From assembly GCA_043228905.1 (NCBI GenBank), contig JBHGNT010000007.1, positions 8,184,001-8,248,000 on the forward strand: a stretch of DNA of 64,000 bases. The letters are read 5' to 3'. Both the position numbers and the translations under genes were made by a program. Each line of letters opens with the position of its first letter. Within the stretch, counting starts at the first letter, position 1. The notes beneath the pieces are model-generated. The model ran no database searches. It was given only the letters and a program-made list of their open reading frames with translations, and was not told the origin of the DNA. This DNA is from Azolla caroliniana. Lineage: Eukaryota > Plantae > Polypodiophyta. Positions 34,592 to 47,522 of this stretch are shown one piece after another.

Positions 34592-36831
34592 TAAAGATTA
34601 TTTCTGGAAAAGAAATAGGATAAGGTCAGAGAGATAGTCATAACATCATGTCGTGATGTAAACATATCATGGGCAAACATTAATCGATATCATAATCTCA
34701 CGTCAATACCCCTCTAGACGTATGAGATGAGGTTCAAGATCAGGTTACTATGGTAACACAAAGGTGTTTTAAAAACCATGCGGGTGACAAATAAATGTCT
34801 TTCCTTGATCTCTATATCGATTTTTTCATGGTGGCTCCCCGAGGCTCAACCATGTATGTTCGCATCATGAATAGTTTATACACGAAAAAAATGTTAACAA
34901 TAAACTATGTTTTGGTGCCCACATATGTGGTTTCGGCTCTTTAAGTCCTATTACGAGGACCCCGAGGTGCACTTAGACCTTAAGTCTAAACATGTGTTAT
35001 AGTAATATGTATCAAGGATGTTGCATGGTCTTGGTCATATTTGAACTCGAGACCTCAAGAACAAATACATTAAACACTTGAGCCAACCAAGTAAGTTGCT
35101 CTTCTTGAATGCTTAATGTTTGATGCGTATAAGAGATATGCGAGACAATTGATCATATATGTTTTTTTTAAAAGAACATATATGTCAAGGGTCCTTATTT
35201 CGCCCTCATTTACCAAAACTATGTTGGTACGTTACCTAACCTCAAGTCTCATAATTACGATGGCATACGCCAAAGTGCAACCTAATGGTCAAGCCAAATG
35301 AGCCCTCGTTTCGTAGTAGGCTCACGTGGGCCATCACATGGTCACGTCATTACGAATGCCTCTCATAAGAACGAGCTCATGGTGGCATCGTATCCATGTA
35401 ACGAGGGAGGGATGTTGGATACGTGCGTCATTGGAGCGACCTCACTTGAAGTGGGTCAAGCCCTACGTACTCAACATCATTATGGCTATTGGCATTTCTT
35501 TACGTAACGAAATCGAGGTCATCAATGGGGTTATCAACAATAAAAAATTGTTGAAAAAGGGATGGTGACAATGCCATTCTCACAAAAATGTGAGGACGGC
35601 CACCAACATCCTTTTCCCGACAAGGACAACTTTCGATATAATCACGTAATAACGAATATACACATATGTTTACTTATCACATATATACGATCAAATACGT
35701 ATATATGTGACCACATATGCCTATATTAAACATATCGTTATATTAAATAGCCACAAATGATGTGATCGAGATACGTAATCGAGGTATATACCTCTACGCA
35801 CATGAAACATCCACAAATAAGAGATCATCGTAATACGCAATTGACCTCTTACGCATACGAGACCAACCGCATATCGTTTACAACAAATCAAGGTATTAAA
35901 CTCATACACAAACGTAACATATGTTCGTGAACGTAATACATAATTGAGGTATTAACCTCGTACGCATACGACACTCATCACATATTATTAATATGTCAAA
36001 CGAGGTATTGACCTCGTGCACATATGTAAACGTTTTAGATAATCAATTAAAGACCACTACAACATCATTGACTTAATGAAAAAAAAAGACATATAAACTA
36101 AACACATGATTAGATGGGAGAAGAGAGAATAGAAAAAAAAATTATGGAAAGAGTTACCGAAGTTCTTTGTTGATCGTTGTCTGGATCAAGGCCGACCGCA
36201 CATTGATCGATCAACATCAATCAAAAGACAAATGAAAAACAAAGAAACATTAGTACATAAATCTGATACCAAATATTAGAGATCTAAGTACTAAAGTAAG
36301 CTTAAGATAAGGATAAACAAATGATAGATAGAAAGGAGAAAGAGAAAGAAGGGTGCCGATCCACCCGACCACCCCCGAGCGAAGGGATCGAGACGGACTC
36401 GAGCCTCGATCGGCGTCCCATACCACCGTCGTGGCGTCGAGTCGTACCTGGTGCTGGCGTGCTTGCTACAAGAGTTGACCCACCACAAGAGTAGAGTCTC
36501 GATGTAGTCAAAAGATGATCAAATGAGGGTAGCTAGGCCTCTTATTTATAGCGATACCCAAGGCCCCCAAGCAAGTTCACACTTGACCTAATGGGTTGTC
36601 TCAATCCCGAGGATTAAAAGTAATCCTCCCCTTCTTTACACTCTCGTTTAACCCTCACACTTATCCACATGTATAGAATACTACGGTAAATTCTCACCAC
36701 GGGATATTAAATGGTCATGCCCGTAACATCGTGGGACAAGAAGTTGTTGGGCAACAAAATCAATCACGGCGCAATGCTTGAGGAACCAATCACAACCTAA
36801 GGTGAGGGGGAAGAGTTGGTAGGCAAGACAT

Positions 36832-38442
36832 TGTTGGGAATAAAGGGTCATCGTTCTTTTATTAGTGCACGAGTGTGAACGCACTCGTAGCTCACGTTTG
36901 ACTTGTATATACATAATATCTAAAAACCAAAAAAGAGGTACACTCTTTGTACCCAAGTCAACGTGCACCTCTCTCTCTCTCTCTCCCTTTGTCTCTCACT
37001 CAGACTCTCTCCCTCTCTGTTTTTGACCTAAACCTTAATCCTCGTGCTGCCTTCAAACTGGTATCAGAGCAGAGTTTAGGGTTTTCTACAGAGCAGGTCA
37101 CATTTTCTGCAGAGCAGGTTTGGTCCTCCATTTGGGCTAAGTGGACCACTGCTTGTACACCAAGCAGGCAATAGATGGCAACCTAATTATCTTGGTTTTG
37201 TATGTTGATGATATGTTGATTGTTGGCAAGGATATTCATGCCTTGGATTCATTGAAGCAAAGCCTTCATGGTAGCTTTGATATGAAGGATCTTGGTGATG
37301 CAAATCACATCCTTGGCATGCGAATACTCTAAAACCGGTCGAAAGGGGTACTCTTTCTATCTCAGCAGGAGTATATCTCTAAGGTTTTGCAGCATTTCAA
37401 TATGGAGGGGGGGGGGGAACAATTGGGGTTCCATTGCCTCCATATTTGAAACTCAGTGCAGAAGACAACCCTACATCTGATGATGAGAAGGCTGAAATGG
37501 CTAAGGTTCCATATGGTTCAACCGTTGGCAGTTTGATATATGCGATGGTTGCTACCCGCCCTGATATTGCCTTTGTAGTGGGAGTGGTTAGTAGGTACAT
37601 GGCAAATCCCGGCGAAAAGCATTAGGAAGCAGTGAAAGGTATTATGAGATACCTCAAAGGCACAAAGGACTTGGGCATTTGCTTTGGAAAGCAAAAGGCG
37701 TCTGTCGTTGGTTTTACGGATGCAGACTATGATGGTCATCCAGACTGCATGAAGTCTACTTCTGGGTACGTGTTTACTTTCACATGAGGAGTGGTCTCTT
37801 AGATCTCTAGACTACAAAAGTGTGTTGCATTGTCTACTACAAAGGCAGAGTATGTTGCTGCCACTGAGGATGCAAAGAGGATTTATGGCATTACAGAGTT
37901 ACCTATTCTTCATTGTGACAGCCAGAGTGCGCTATCATGCTAGCTCGAAATCCCGTCTTTCATGCAAAGACGAAGCACATAGAGGTGAAGTATCACTTCA
38001 TCAGAGATGTACTTGATAGCAAGAACATTGAGCTTGTCAAAGTACATACAAATAATAATCTTGCAGATCTTCTCACGAAGGGTCTTCCAACTAAGCGATT
38101 TGCTCATTGCCGATAGATGATGGGAGTTGGATAGATGTATGTAGTTCAACTTTGTACATACTTGGACTTAGCTGACTTCTTTTCTTTTTCCCTTCTCATG
38201 GCACATTGCCTTTAGGTGGGAGGTTGTTGGGAAGAAAGGGCCATCGTGCCTTTTATTAGTGCATGAGTGTGAACGCACTCGTAGCACACTTTGGACTTGT
38301 ATATACATAATATCTAAAAACCAAAAAAGAGGTACATTCTTTGTACCCAAGACAACATGCATCTCTCTCTCTCCCTTTGTCTCTCACTCAGACTCTCTCC
38401 CTCTCTGTTTTGACCTAAACCCTAATCCTCGCGCTGCCTTCA
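36832..38442 (+). mobile_element. 1.6-kb internally deleted Copia (mini element)
   Basis: LTRs 36832-37055 and 38225-38442. TSD GACAT. PBS at 37059-37070. PPT AGGTGGGAGG. Interior keeps only decayed RT C-terminus (LYVDD) and RNase H. Confidence 0.92.
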
Positions 38443-39058
38443 GACATAAAAGTGGTGTGAGAAAGTGAGATTGTCTAAGGTGACGATGCATCGGGCTTGC
38501 GTGTAAAAGGACTTGGATGGAGGGAGCGGTGGATGTGGGGAGGCCTAACTAGTGAACTAAGGCGGCGCTAATGGAAGAGATACTACTACCAGAGTCTAAC
38601 AAGATGGCGTGGGTGGAGTGATTGATGGCTGCGAGAACGGTGCATACCCGCGAAGTGCAAGAGGCAAACACTTGGACATGGGGGCTGGCTCTTCCATCAG
38701 CACCCCAGAGGTTAGTTTCCTGGAAGCTCAACCAAGGATGTTGCGTTAGCCATGGTGATCTGGGCTTGTTGCTTGTGAGATTGTTGTTGCATTAGCACCC
38801 CAGAGGTCAGTTTCCTGGAAGCTCAACCAAGGATGTTGCGTTAGCCATGGTGATCTGGGCTTGTTGCTTGTGAGACTGTTGTTGGGCATGGTAGGATTGA
38901 TGTGAACGAGGAGTTGATTTAAACTTGCTTGCTTGTTGTACGTACCAGGTGGTGGCGACATTTTCGAGTAGGGTGCGAATTCCCAAAGCTTTGCGCACAT
39001 CAAACCATTGGTGGTAACTAGAGATCATCTCAAAGTGGTCCAACCAAGCTAAGACATC

Positions 39059-39408
39059 CTCAGAGGGCAAGCCAGAGAAGGACTTCGGGTGGACCTTGGA
39101 ATCTGGCCGATCTTGAGACTATTTGTTGTTAGCGGAGAGGAAGGAGAGCATAACTTGATTTGCGTGGCTGATTTAAAGCATGGCGTTGGAGAGGACTTGT
39201 AGGAGCTGCTCCATTTGGAAGGGGGGTGGTTGCTCAGAGGGCAAGCCAGAGAAGGACTTCGGGTGGACCTTGGAATCTGGCCGATCTTGAGACTGTTTGT
39301 TGTTAGCGGAGAGGAAGGAGAGCATAACTTGATTCGCGTGGCTGATTTGAAGCATGGCGTTGGAGAGGACTTGTAGGAGCTGCTCCATTTGGAAGGGGGG
39401 TGGTTGCT
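39059..39408. repeat. 174-bp tandem duplication in old Gypsy gag (a ~95-bp duplication also at 38699-38885)
   Basis: CTCAGAGGGCAAGCCAGAGAAGG... occurs at 39059 and 39233. Confidence 0.9.
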
Positions 39409-39507
39409 CATGAGGCTGCGAGAACTCAGGCTGCATCAGGGTATTAGTGTCGGAGGCAACGAGAGAGAGTTGGGACGCCATGAATGAAGTGGTAGCGGCT
39501 AAAATTT

Positions 39508-39753
39508 TACCCCACATCTCCACCAATATGTGAAATGCACATAAAGAGACTCCAAACCAGTGTCTTACTTCTTGCTCAATTTATAGTCGATACAAAGGTA
39601 CCCATTTGGGTTGGCGTATCTTAGCTACATGCATCCTAAAAAGGGTGTGCTAAGAGGGGGGCGGGCACAAAGGAACACATGCACACCACAACATGAAGGC
39701 ATGCGTGCTAAAAAGGGTGTGCTAAAAGGGGCCACAAAGGAACACATTGCACA
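39508..39753 (-). mobile_element. 5' LTR (39529-39753) and tRNA-Ala PBS of the oldest Gypsy
   Basis: TACCCCACATCTCCACCA resembles the recalled plant tRNA-Ala 3' end (1 mismatch). Inverted termini TGTGAAATG/CATTGCACA. Confidence 0.7.
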
Positions 39754-40024
39754 CGACCAGAATATGTAGATACAACACGACCAGAATATGTAGATACAAT
39801 ACATAGATAGAAAGGTTCTATATCATGGAGTAAGTTAGTGAAGTCATGGTGGTGTTATTTTTCTTTCTTGATGAAAGCCATTACATATTTACGAGAGAGA
39901 GAGACTTTGTTTTCTCTACATTTCTAAATATACATACATATACATATGTATAGACAGAGAGGGGGAGAGAGAGACAGAGACAGAGACTTGTATTCTTCCT
40001 CTCCGGTTCAGAGCAGAGAAGGAC

Positions 40025-43000
40025 ATGCAATCGGAGTGGAGGGTGCACTCTTGCTCTTCAGAAACCGATGTCCATGAAGCCCTGAACGTGCTGAAGGAAG
40101 AATTGTACAAGATATGGCAAACATCAGATCCCCCAGAAGAAGCGGGAGCTGAAGGAGAAGCTTGGATCATCCTCGAACCTCATCCTCCCACCGCCTTCTC
40201 TCAAATTGAAATAGTTAATGCTGGATCAGCCCTCGTTGAGGTCTATGGCCTACGCGAGCCCGAACTGGAGACCAATAGTGGAGATCGTCCCCATGATGAC
40301 AATGAGATGGATTTCGAGATGTTACTATCAGCCCAACAACTCATGAGTGTTAAAGATGTTGTGAATAAGGCAAATCGCAACCGTTTGTTTGGTTTTTCTA
40401 CTAGTGATAAGCTTTCTCCACTTGCCGCACAACACAGGTTTGGATTTTTTATTTTGTTATTTACTCATTATTATTTTGTTCTATGTATATTTGTACATTT
40501 ATCATAGTACTATCTTGTGAAATCCTATTTGCTCCATGTAAATTGTGTGTATTTTAGAAGAGAATAATAATTAGGTTAAGACACTATGATATAGGTTACT
40601 TTGTTTCGTTTTCTCTTTCAATTCTTTGTTTTCATGGAAATGCATGTGTTGTAGAAGAGAACAATTATGAGGAGATTAATCTGGTTTGAAAATGTTGTGA
40701 CTTAATAGCATTAATTATGTCAGGAGTTGTTGCAAGTTAACATCATCAATTTGGTTAGGAATTGCTATGAGTTAAAAACATGAACTAGATTCTGAGTTAA
40801 CAAGATTTATAAGCCTAGTTAGTATATTGAATTAAGAACATCGATTAGCTTAGGAAATATTGAGGGAAATAATGTATGATCATCTGACTTAGGAAACATT
40901 GCAGCTAAAAGCTATTGATCAGTTTAGTGATGTTTTTTGGAAGAACACTTCAATTAACTTAGGGAATATTATGATTTAAACTAGCTCTGGGAAATATTGT
41001 GAGTTAAGAACATCAGCTTGCTTAGGAAGTTAAGGTAGCAACCTCAAACCACTAGGGGCTCGTTGGGAAAAAAAATATGAATTAAATTTGGACTTATTTT
41101 AGGAAAACCATCGTTTAACCTAGGAAATAAATGTAAGTGCATGTCCAAATTTCGAAAAAAATAATTTTACTAGTTATAGAGCTTCAGTTAAACTTGTTAA
41201 AATCAGTTCATTGCCAAACATGTCAATATTTGAAGGTCTATACGCTAAAAAAATTATCTATAGGTCCGACCTTGAAAGGTGTTTCCTGAATATTGCTAGT
41301 GTATATTATGCCAAACAACTAATGAAATCATATAAACTAATCAGACTAAAAATATAGCATGCTAACTTAAATTGTACACTTTTGGGTCCGAATTGTGGAT
41401 TGCTTGTTTAGTAATTAATTAATTATGCTAAAAGGGTTGGTCAGGCTAGATTCTACCTGAATTTGTTGTTTTATCCAATTCATTCACTGATGCCTAGGAA
41501 TCCACCTTTAATGCCTTGATTTTGTGTTGCATTTATTCATTTTTTGGATGTTCACATGGCATGAATCTGATCATTTAAACATATCTTAGCATATATTGCT
41601 GGTATCTTCTGCCTTTCCATTTTGCGTACTTTTTTTACATATTGCAAACGTAGCCTATAGAGATGAATAGCATCTGACAAAGTGGTTATGACTCATGACA
41701 TCTGTTGATTCCCTTCTAAACATTACCATGACTTTTTAGGTGGGTTAATAAATGCGAGAATGTCTCGTTCTCGTTTGTCTATTTTATATGTGCTCTTCTT
41801 TAAGTTTATATTGGTTTTGATGTGCATCTATGTATTCGAGGTTTGTATCTAGCAGTGCATTCACTTTTTTCTGATGGTTTTCTATTCATCAGAAAATCAT
41901 GGGGATTTAAACATTCCTGTTAGAAATGGAAACCTAACATTTGTGTTATTGCGAACTCTCTTACATTAGAATCCTCAAAAGTTTCTTTCATGTACTTTTC
42001 ATATCTCATAAAAGAATATACTTACAAATTAGCGTGTTAATGTAGGACTGCATTGCATGCAACACTAACTTTGTAAAACCCACAAAAGCACCTTTTTGAG
42101 TAATACAACTTGTAGCCTCTTCTTCATATATTCACATTGTATAATCTCTCTTTGTCTCTCTTATACACAGTATTCACACCCTTAGGAACTGTCATAATAT
42201 TTAACATGGTATCAGAGAGATGTTCGACCTTATAGAGTGTGTGGGCTCAAGTACTTCAAGGGTTAGAGCGAGTTGGTTCAAGATGAACGAAGCAAGAGGA
42301 TGTGGAAGAAGTTGTGAGTATAATGTGTTTTAAGTCTGTGGAAGAATCAGCTGAGAGGAAGCAAAAAGTGCATACCTCAAGTGTAGAAGCAAGAGAAGAG
42401 AAGAGCAAGAAGTGAATAAGAGAGCTGCCAAAATGAGTGGAAGAGTGAATTAAAATAGTCATGAAGAAACTCGATAAAAACAACTTCTCAATATGAAAAT
42501 AACCAATTTCCTAATGAGAAAGGGTTATGGGGAGTACTTTTCGGATGATTAAGAGAATCCATCCACCCTAGAAACGTATCTGACAGGTTGCCGTGAAAAA
42601 GATCACAAGGAATGGTTGTAAGAGTCAAAGACAACACTATATTGGCTATCAATGAATATTTCCGATTCAATGATCAGGCACATACAAAATGAAAGGACGC
42701 CTAAGGATGTTTAAGATAATCTTAATCTTATGAAGATTTTTCTCTACCAACACAAAAGTAAGAAGATTTCGACCCACGAATGAGTTCGACATGATTGAGA
42801 AGGGAAAAATAGAAGTTGATGATAAAGATAATGTGGAGCTATGTCTGTGAGGATTAGGATTGCAGTACAAGAGTTTCCAGACCTTTATCCTGACAAGGGA
42901 GACGGTCCCAACATTCAACAATCTAGTTTCAATGCTCGTAATAGAAGAGTCGAAACTGATGGAGGATATCCGGCACTCAAATTCAGAGGCTGTGGCAGGA

Positions 43001-46000
43001 ACCATGGTGGATGACTATATAACGGCAGGGGGGGCGAAATAGAACGACAAAGTGAGCGGAATTTGGTTGCATCAGTGAGCAGGTGTGAAGACAGTGGAGC
43101 GCGAGTAATGAAGCATGTACTGAGCATGATGGGACAAAGTGGAGTAGATGCAAGTCAAATACAGAAAGTTGCCTCAGGATCATTGAATCACATGATGAGC
43201 CATAGGGAATGGTTCGAGAAAATTCAGAAGCTAGAGGACCTGGCTACATAGAGACGAGAGATATTACGACATATTGAATCAAACATATTGGAAAGATCTC
43301 AATATTCGTCAAGGGAGAAATGAAGCATATGGAAAATGTTCTATATGTGTGGAATATTGCAAAGAATTTGGTCTCTATTGGCCAAAGAATAGAGCAAGGA
43401 ATGTAGGTGAGCTCTAACAGAAGTGGAAAATGAAAGCAGCTGGATACAAGAGAGAAGGGAGTTCATCCTTGACGTGAATATGCAGTGGATGCTGAATGCT
43501 ATGTTCACTTTGAATTCTACTATACCAGACATTGACTTGTGGCACAAGCAAATTGGCACATCAGCATAGCTATCGGAGCCACAAGACTAAAGGAGAAAGA
43601 AGTGAGCCAAGTATCAAACTTCAATCACTCTGAAGTTTGAATGGATGTGCAAGGCATGTCAGCCAGGAAAACAAGTAAATGTGAGTACAAGTGTACTTAA
43701 CCTGGTCTACTTTGATGTATGCAAATTCCTCAGCCACCCTTCTATCGACAGATTAAAGTACTATATGATCTTCACGGATGACAAATCCAACTGGACTTGG
43801 ATTTACTTCATGAAGCATAGGAATGAAGGATTTGAGCAATTCACAACATTCAAGTGCTTGGTAGAGAAAGAACCTGACAAATAGATTTGTTGCTTGAGGT
43901 CAGATAGATGAGAAGAGTACTTCTCGGATCAATTCACAAGCTTCCTGAGCGATCAAAGAATCTGATGGCAGTATACTTGTTGGTGTACACTGAAGCTGCA
44001 TGTGAGCTCATGCATGTATATAGGTAGCAGAATGGGATGAAGAGGCCAAATGCATGTGGATTTAACGAGAGCTCTTAAAGACACGAGTCTTATTCATCGC
44101 ATTTTGTTGTCTCTCTCCTAAAGTATCAAGGTATCCGGAATCAAATAAATTCAGTCAATGAACCGATAAATACAAAGAAACTGAATCATCCAACTGTGTC
44201 CTACCATGCCCTGCCATTATTGCTCAAACCATGCATAAGTTGAAGGATAAGTTCAACCCTTTGTGGTGTCCACAGAGGGTGAGGTTGGTCGACATCCAAG
44301 TCATGTTAGTTTGGTTTAATAAAACCATCCTAGATGCAAAGTATTTGTCTTGCGAATGTGAGTGGTTGGGTTTCAGCTTCCGTCCACCCTCTCAAGACCC
44401 AATGATTCAAATGACTCCTGATTCTCTATGACTACAGCTTAGGGCATACATGAACTATCCCCCGGATGCATTCATCTTTGATTCTCATTCTGTCTTTCCT
44501 GGTGGCATGCTGCATATGGTCTCCACTATCCAGATTTTGGTGTTCTATTACCGAGTTGGTTGGGTTCAGCGAGATTGAGTTTTTATCAAACTAAAACTAG
44601 TAGGATCTTTACAACCATATGCGATGGTTGTTCCACTTTCGGCATTTTTGGGTTGTTGGCATGATTGGACTATCTGGAATGTGCTTGTCGTTGATTCCCA
44701 TTCTGGAGTGCATAGTCATATTGGTCGTTTCAGAGGTCTCCTTTACTGGCAATGCAGCTCCATAGCTCATGTGGGTTTTATTACCAAGGATGACTTCACT
44801 TCATGACACACAGCCTGCTTTTTGGTTTATTTGTTAGACTTGTAATTGTTTTATGGCCTTTGTACAATTACCTGTTATGGAAAAAAAGAGAGACACTGAA
44901 ATTGTGAAATTCAGGTGGAGGCGTGTTCGTGTGTCTTGTCATCAACCTTTTGGCTCTCGAGAACACAAGGCACATATTGGTCTTTCAAGGGTCAGCTTCA
45001 AGTGTTGCCAAACATCAGCGGAAATCTCAGCTGAGGCAGCAGAAGCTGATCTGCAAAAGGGGCTTAAGAATAACTTGAAGAAAATGTTTCCAGAGAGTAT
45101 GTCTTGTGATGGAGATATAGTTTCAAAAGTAACAGACCCATCAAAACTTGTGCCTACTCCCAAGGCTGTGAAACTGGTTGTTGGGTCAAGTGAAAATAGT
45201 GGAAGTAAACGTAGAATGCCCAATTGGGAATCTCCAAAAGAGAAACTGAAGACAAACAACCGAGACAAAGAAGTGGAATCTGGGGAATATAACGATAAAG
45301 CTAACATTGGAGATGAAGAAGAGAACTACAAAGTAAAACACTCTGAAAAAAGCACTACAGCTAACAAGCGATTTAAAGGAGAGGAGTTGGTTACTGAAAC
45401 CAGAAGGATTTCTGGACATGTGAAGTCAGATAACCATAAATGTGATGCTGTCTCTGTTAGTGCTGAAATGAAAGGATCACCCACACAAAGAAAAGAAATT
45501 CCACAACCATCTAAACATAGTAAAAGCTATCAGCAACACCAATCTCCAAAAGATAGAGAGATTGATGAAGAGTTCTCAAAGACACAGTCAACCAGGAAAC
45601 AGAAAGGGAAAAGGCTTTTGGAAAACACTGGGAAAGACTTGAAAGATGATGCGGGAGAGAAAGTAGTGGCAGAAGCTATACAAAGAAAACCACCATTTCA
45701 TAAGTTTCTGGTATGTACTATGAGTAGGTCACCCTTTAATAAGGTTTTGCCTTTAGTAAGAATCAAGTTATTATTATTAGTTTGCTTTCTTAGAAAAAAA
45801 ACGGAAGTTCTTTTGTTTCTTAAACAGACCTTTAGTAAGAATATGTTTTGTTTTGCTTTCTTATACTTTTGCTTCACATGGCGGCAGAATGGTGTTGTCT
45901 TTGCTTTATCTGGCCTAGTCAATCCAGAACGTGCAAATATTCGTGAAACTGCACTTCAGATGGGTGCTCAATATCGTCCTGATTGGACCTCTGACTGTAC

Positions 46001-47522
46001 TCTTCTTGTTTGTGCATTTGCAAACACTCCCAAGTTCAATCAAGTGAAGAATAATAATGGAACAATTGTTTCGAAGGTATTTTTCTGCAAACGTTTTTTG
46101 ATATATTCTACTCCAAACTCTCTTATTTTCTGATGTCTTTTTACTGTATAGTCTTTCAGGATTGGATACTGGATTGTTATGAACAGAAGGAGCTCCTTGA
46201 CATTGATCAGTACCTTATGCATGCTGGAAAACCATGGAGAAAACTTGACATGTTTGTCTATAATGGTGAATATTGAATACTAGAGTTTTTTCTTTGAAAT
46301 ATGTTTTCTCTCAGCTTCTATTTTTGTTTCCAGTATAGATAACATGAATTCGTTCATTTAAACCTCTGTTTATTTGACTTTATGAAATGCTTGAAGCCAA
46401 GGATAGTACATCTGGTCAAAAGATATCACCAAGTAGTCATAGATCAGAACCTAGGTTGACCATAGCAAGTTTACCAGAGATTGAGCAATGGGTTTGCACG
46501 GATGTGGCATCAAGTATTGAATGGCTACAAAAGCAAGAAAATCATGTATGAATATTGTTGGTATTTTGTTTAAATTTGTTTGTTCTTTTGCAGTTTATTT
46601 TCTTTTTGCTTTTCATGAGTCTTATATTACCTTCTGCTGGGTCTGTGTAGCCCAAACCGGAGGAAGTGAAGTCAATTGCCATCCAAGGAATTGAACTGTG
46701 TTTAGAAGACACAATAAAATGCTTGAAAAACAAAGAGGTCTGTATTTTTCCTTGTTCAGCTTTGTGCATGCGGAAATGGTATAGGTTAATATCTGTGCTA
46801 TAAAGTTTGCCTTTCTCAGGAGAAAAAGATATGCTCTTTTATGTGATAATCGATCACGTTTATATTCAGACCATACAATTGTAATCTGCCTGTGTTGCAA
46901 TGACATCTAAAGATGTAGTAGTATTTTGAAACTCTGTTTATTGCTTTTTCCCGGGTGACCTGAAACTCACTTGTGTTTTAGCCATTTCCGAGTGGGAATT
47001 TGCCATATACACTGCCACAGAATTTCAACACATATTTGTAACAGATATGTGCTCTTTGTTCCATCTCTCCTTTTTTTACCTTTTTCATTGTGTGCATCTC
47101 GTCTCTCTTGAACTTTTTTTATTCCATGCCATCACTTGACCCCTGAATTTGTCTTTTTTGGTGCTTTTCTCCAGAGCATTGGGAAAATTCTGGAAACATG
47201 GGATTTTGTCCCCCGGGCCGTAAGAGAGCTTTCACAGAGAGAAAAAAAAACTAACGATGCTAGGGACGTGAGCAATTTTCAAGACTTACTGTCGGAAGCC
47301 GAGCGGTTGAAGTGGATTTATGCATTGGAATTAAAGAAACTAGAGGGAGAAGGTGGAAATAACCTCGTAAATGTGAATGAGGATGATGATTCAACAGACA
47401 AAATATCAGATAAGTCATCGAGTGACACAGAGAGTGATGATGAGACAGAAATCCTAGGGGAAGAGGACATAACTAAAGCAAAAGAAAATATTAAGAAAAT
47501 GCTTGTGGAGAAGGCTACATGA
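40025..47522 (+). CDS. XRCC1: DNA repair scaffold XRCC1 (~695 aa, 7 exons) with N-terminal domain, BRCT1 and plant-type C-terminal domain
   Basis: Exons 40025-40437, 44915-45710, 45888-46076, 46160-46265, 46397-46545, 46651-46737 and 47175-47522, all GT-AG and phase-consistent (2088 nt). NTD: VHSCSSE..NAGSALVEV..RWRRVRVSCHQPF..GLSRVSF. BRCT: GVVFALSGLVNPER..YRPDW..AFANTPKF..DWILDC..YLMHAGKPW. Confidence 0.93.
41918..44050 (+). mobile_element. Highly decayed Copia (LTR, PBS, gag-PR-INT remnant) in XRCC1 intron 1
   Basis: LTR TGTTAG..TTAACA at 41918-42206, PBS TGGTATCAGAG at 42207, SLNHMMSHREWF, CKACQPGKQ, FTDD..WTWIYFMK. 3' end approximate. Confidence 0.8.

Larger units (their letters stand above)
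10981..36728 (-). mobile_element. Chromoviral Ty3/Gypsy element carrying an 18.7-kb nested insertion
   Basis: 455-bp LTRs 10981-11435 and 36274-36728 (~11 differences by eye). TSD TCGTG at 10976-10980 and 36729-36733. Degenerate Met PBS TGGTATCAGATT at 36260-36271. PPT AAAGAGGGGGAG. Confidence 0.95.
3168..39753 (-). mobile_element. Oldest host element: fragmented Ty3/Gypsy with tRNA-Ala PBS, split by all the nested insertions
   Basis: Collinear minus-strand pieces: LTR 39529-39753, PBS 39508-39525, gag ~38900-39500, protease LLDSGSSIS ~38600 and LGCDWFL 36734-36826, linker ~10890-10980, RT pieces 9328-9388 (FCINFRPLNK), 8468-8700 (DDLLDQLG..GYWQI..PFGL) and 3168-3227 (IYLDD). No second LTR identified. 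Confidence 0.7.

Noticed and set aside
44853-46133. 426-aa ORF as a single-exon gene
   Set aside because: It is XRCC1 exons 2-3 reading through a 177-nt stop-free, T-rich GT-AG intron (45711-45887)
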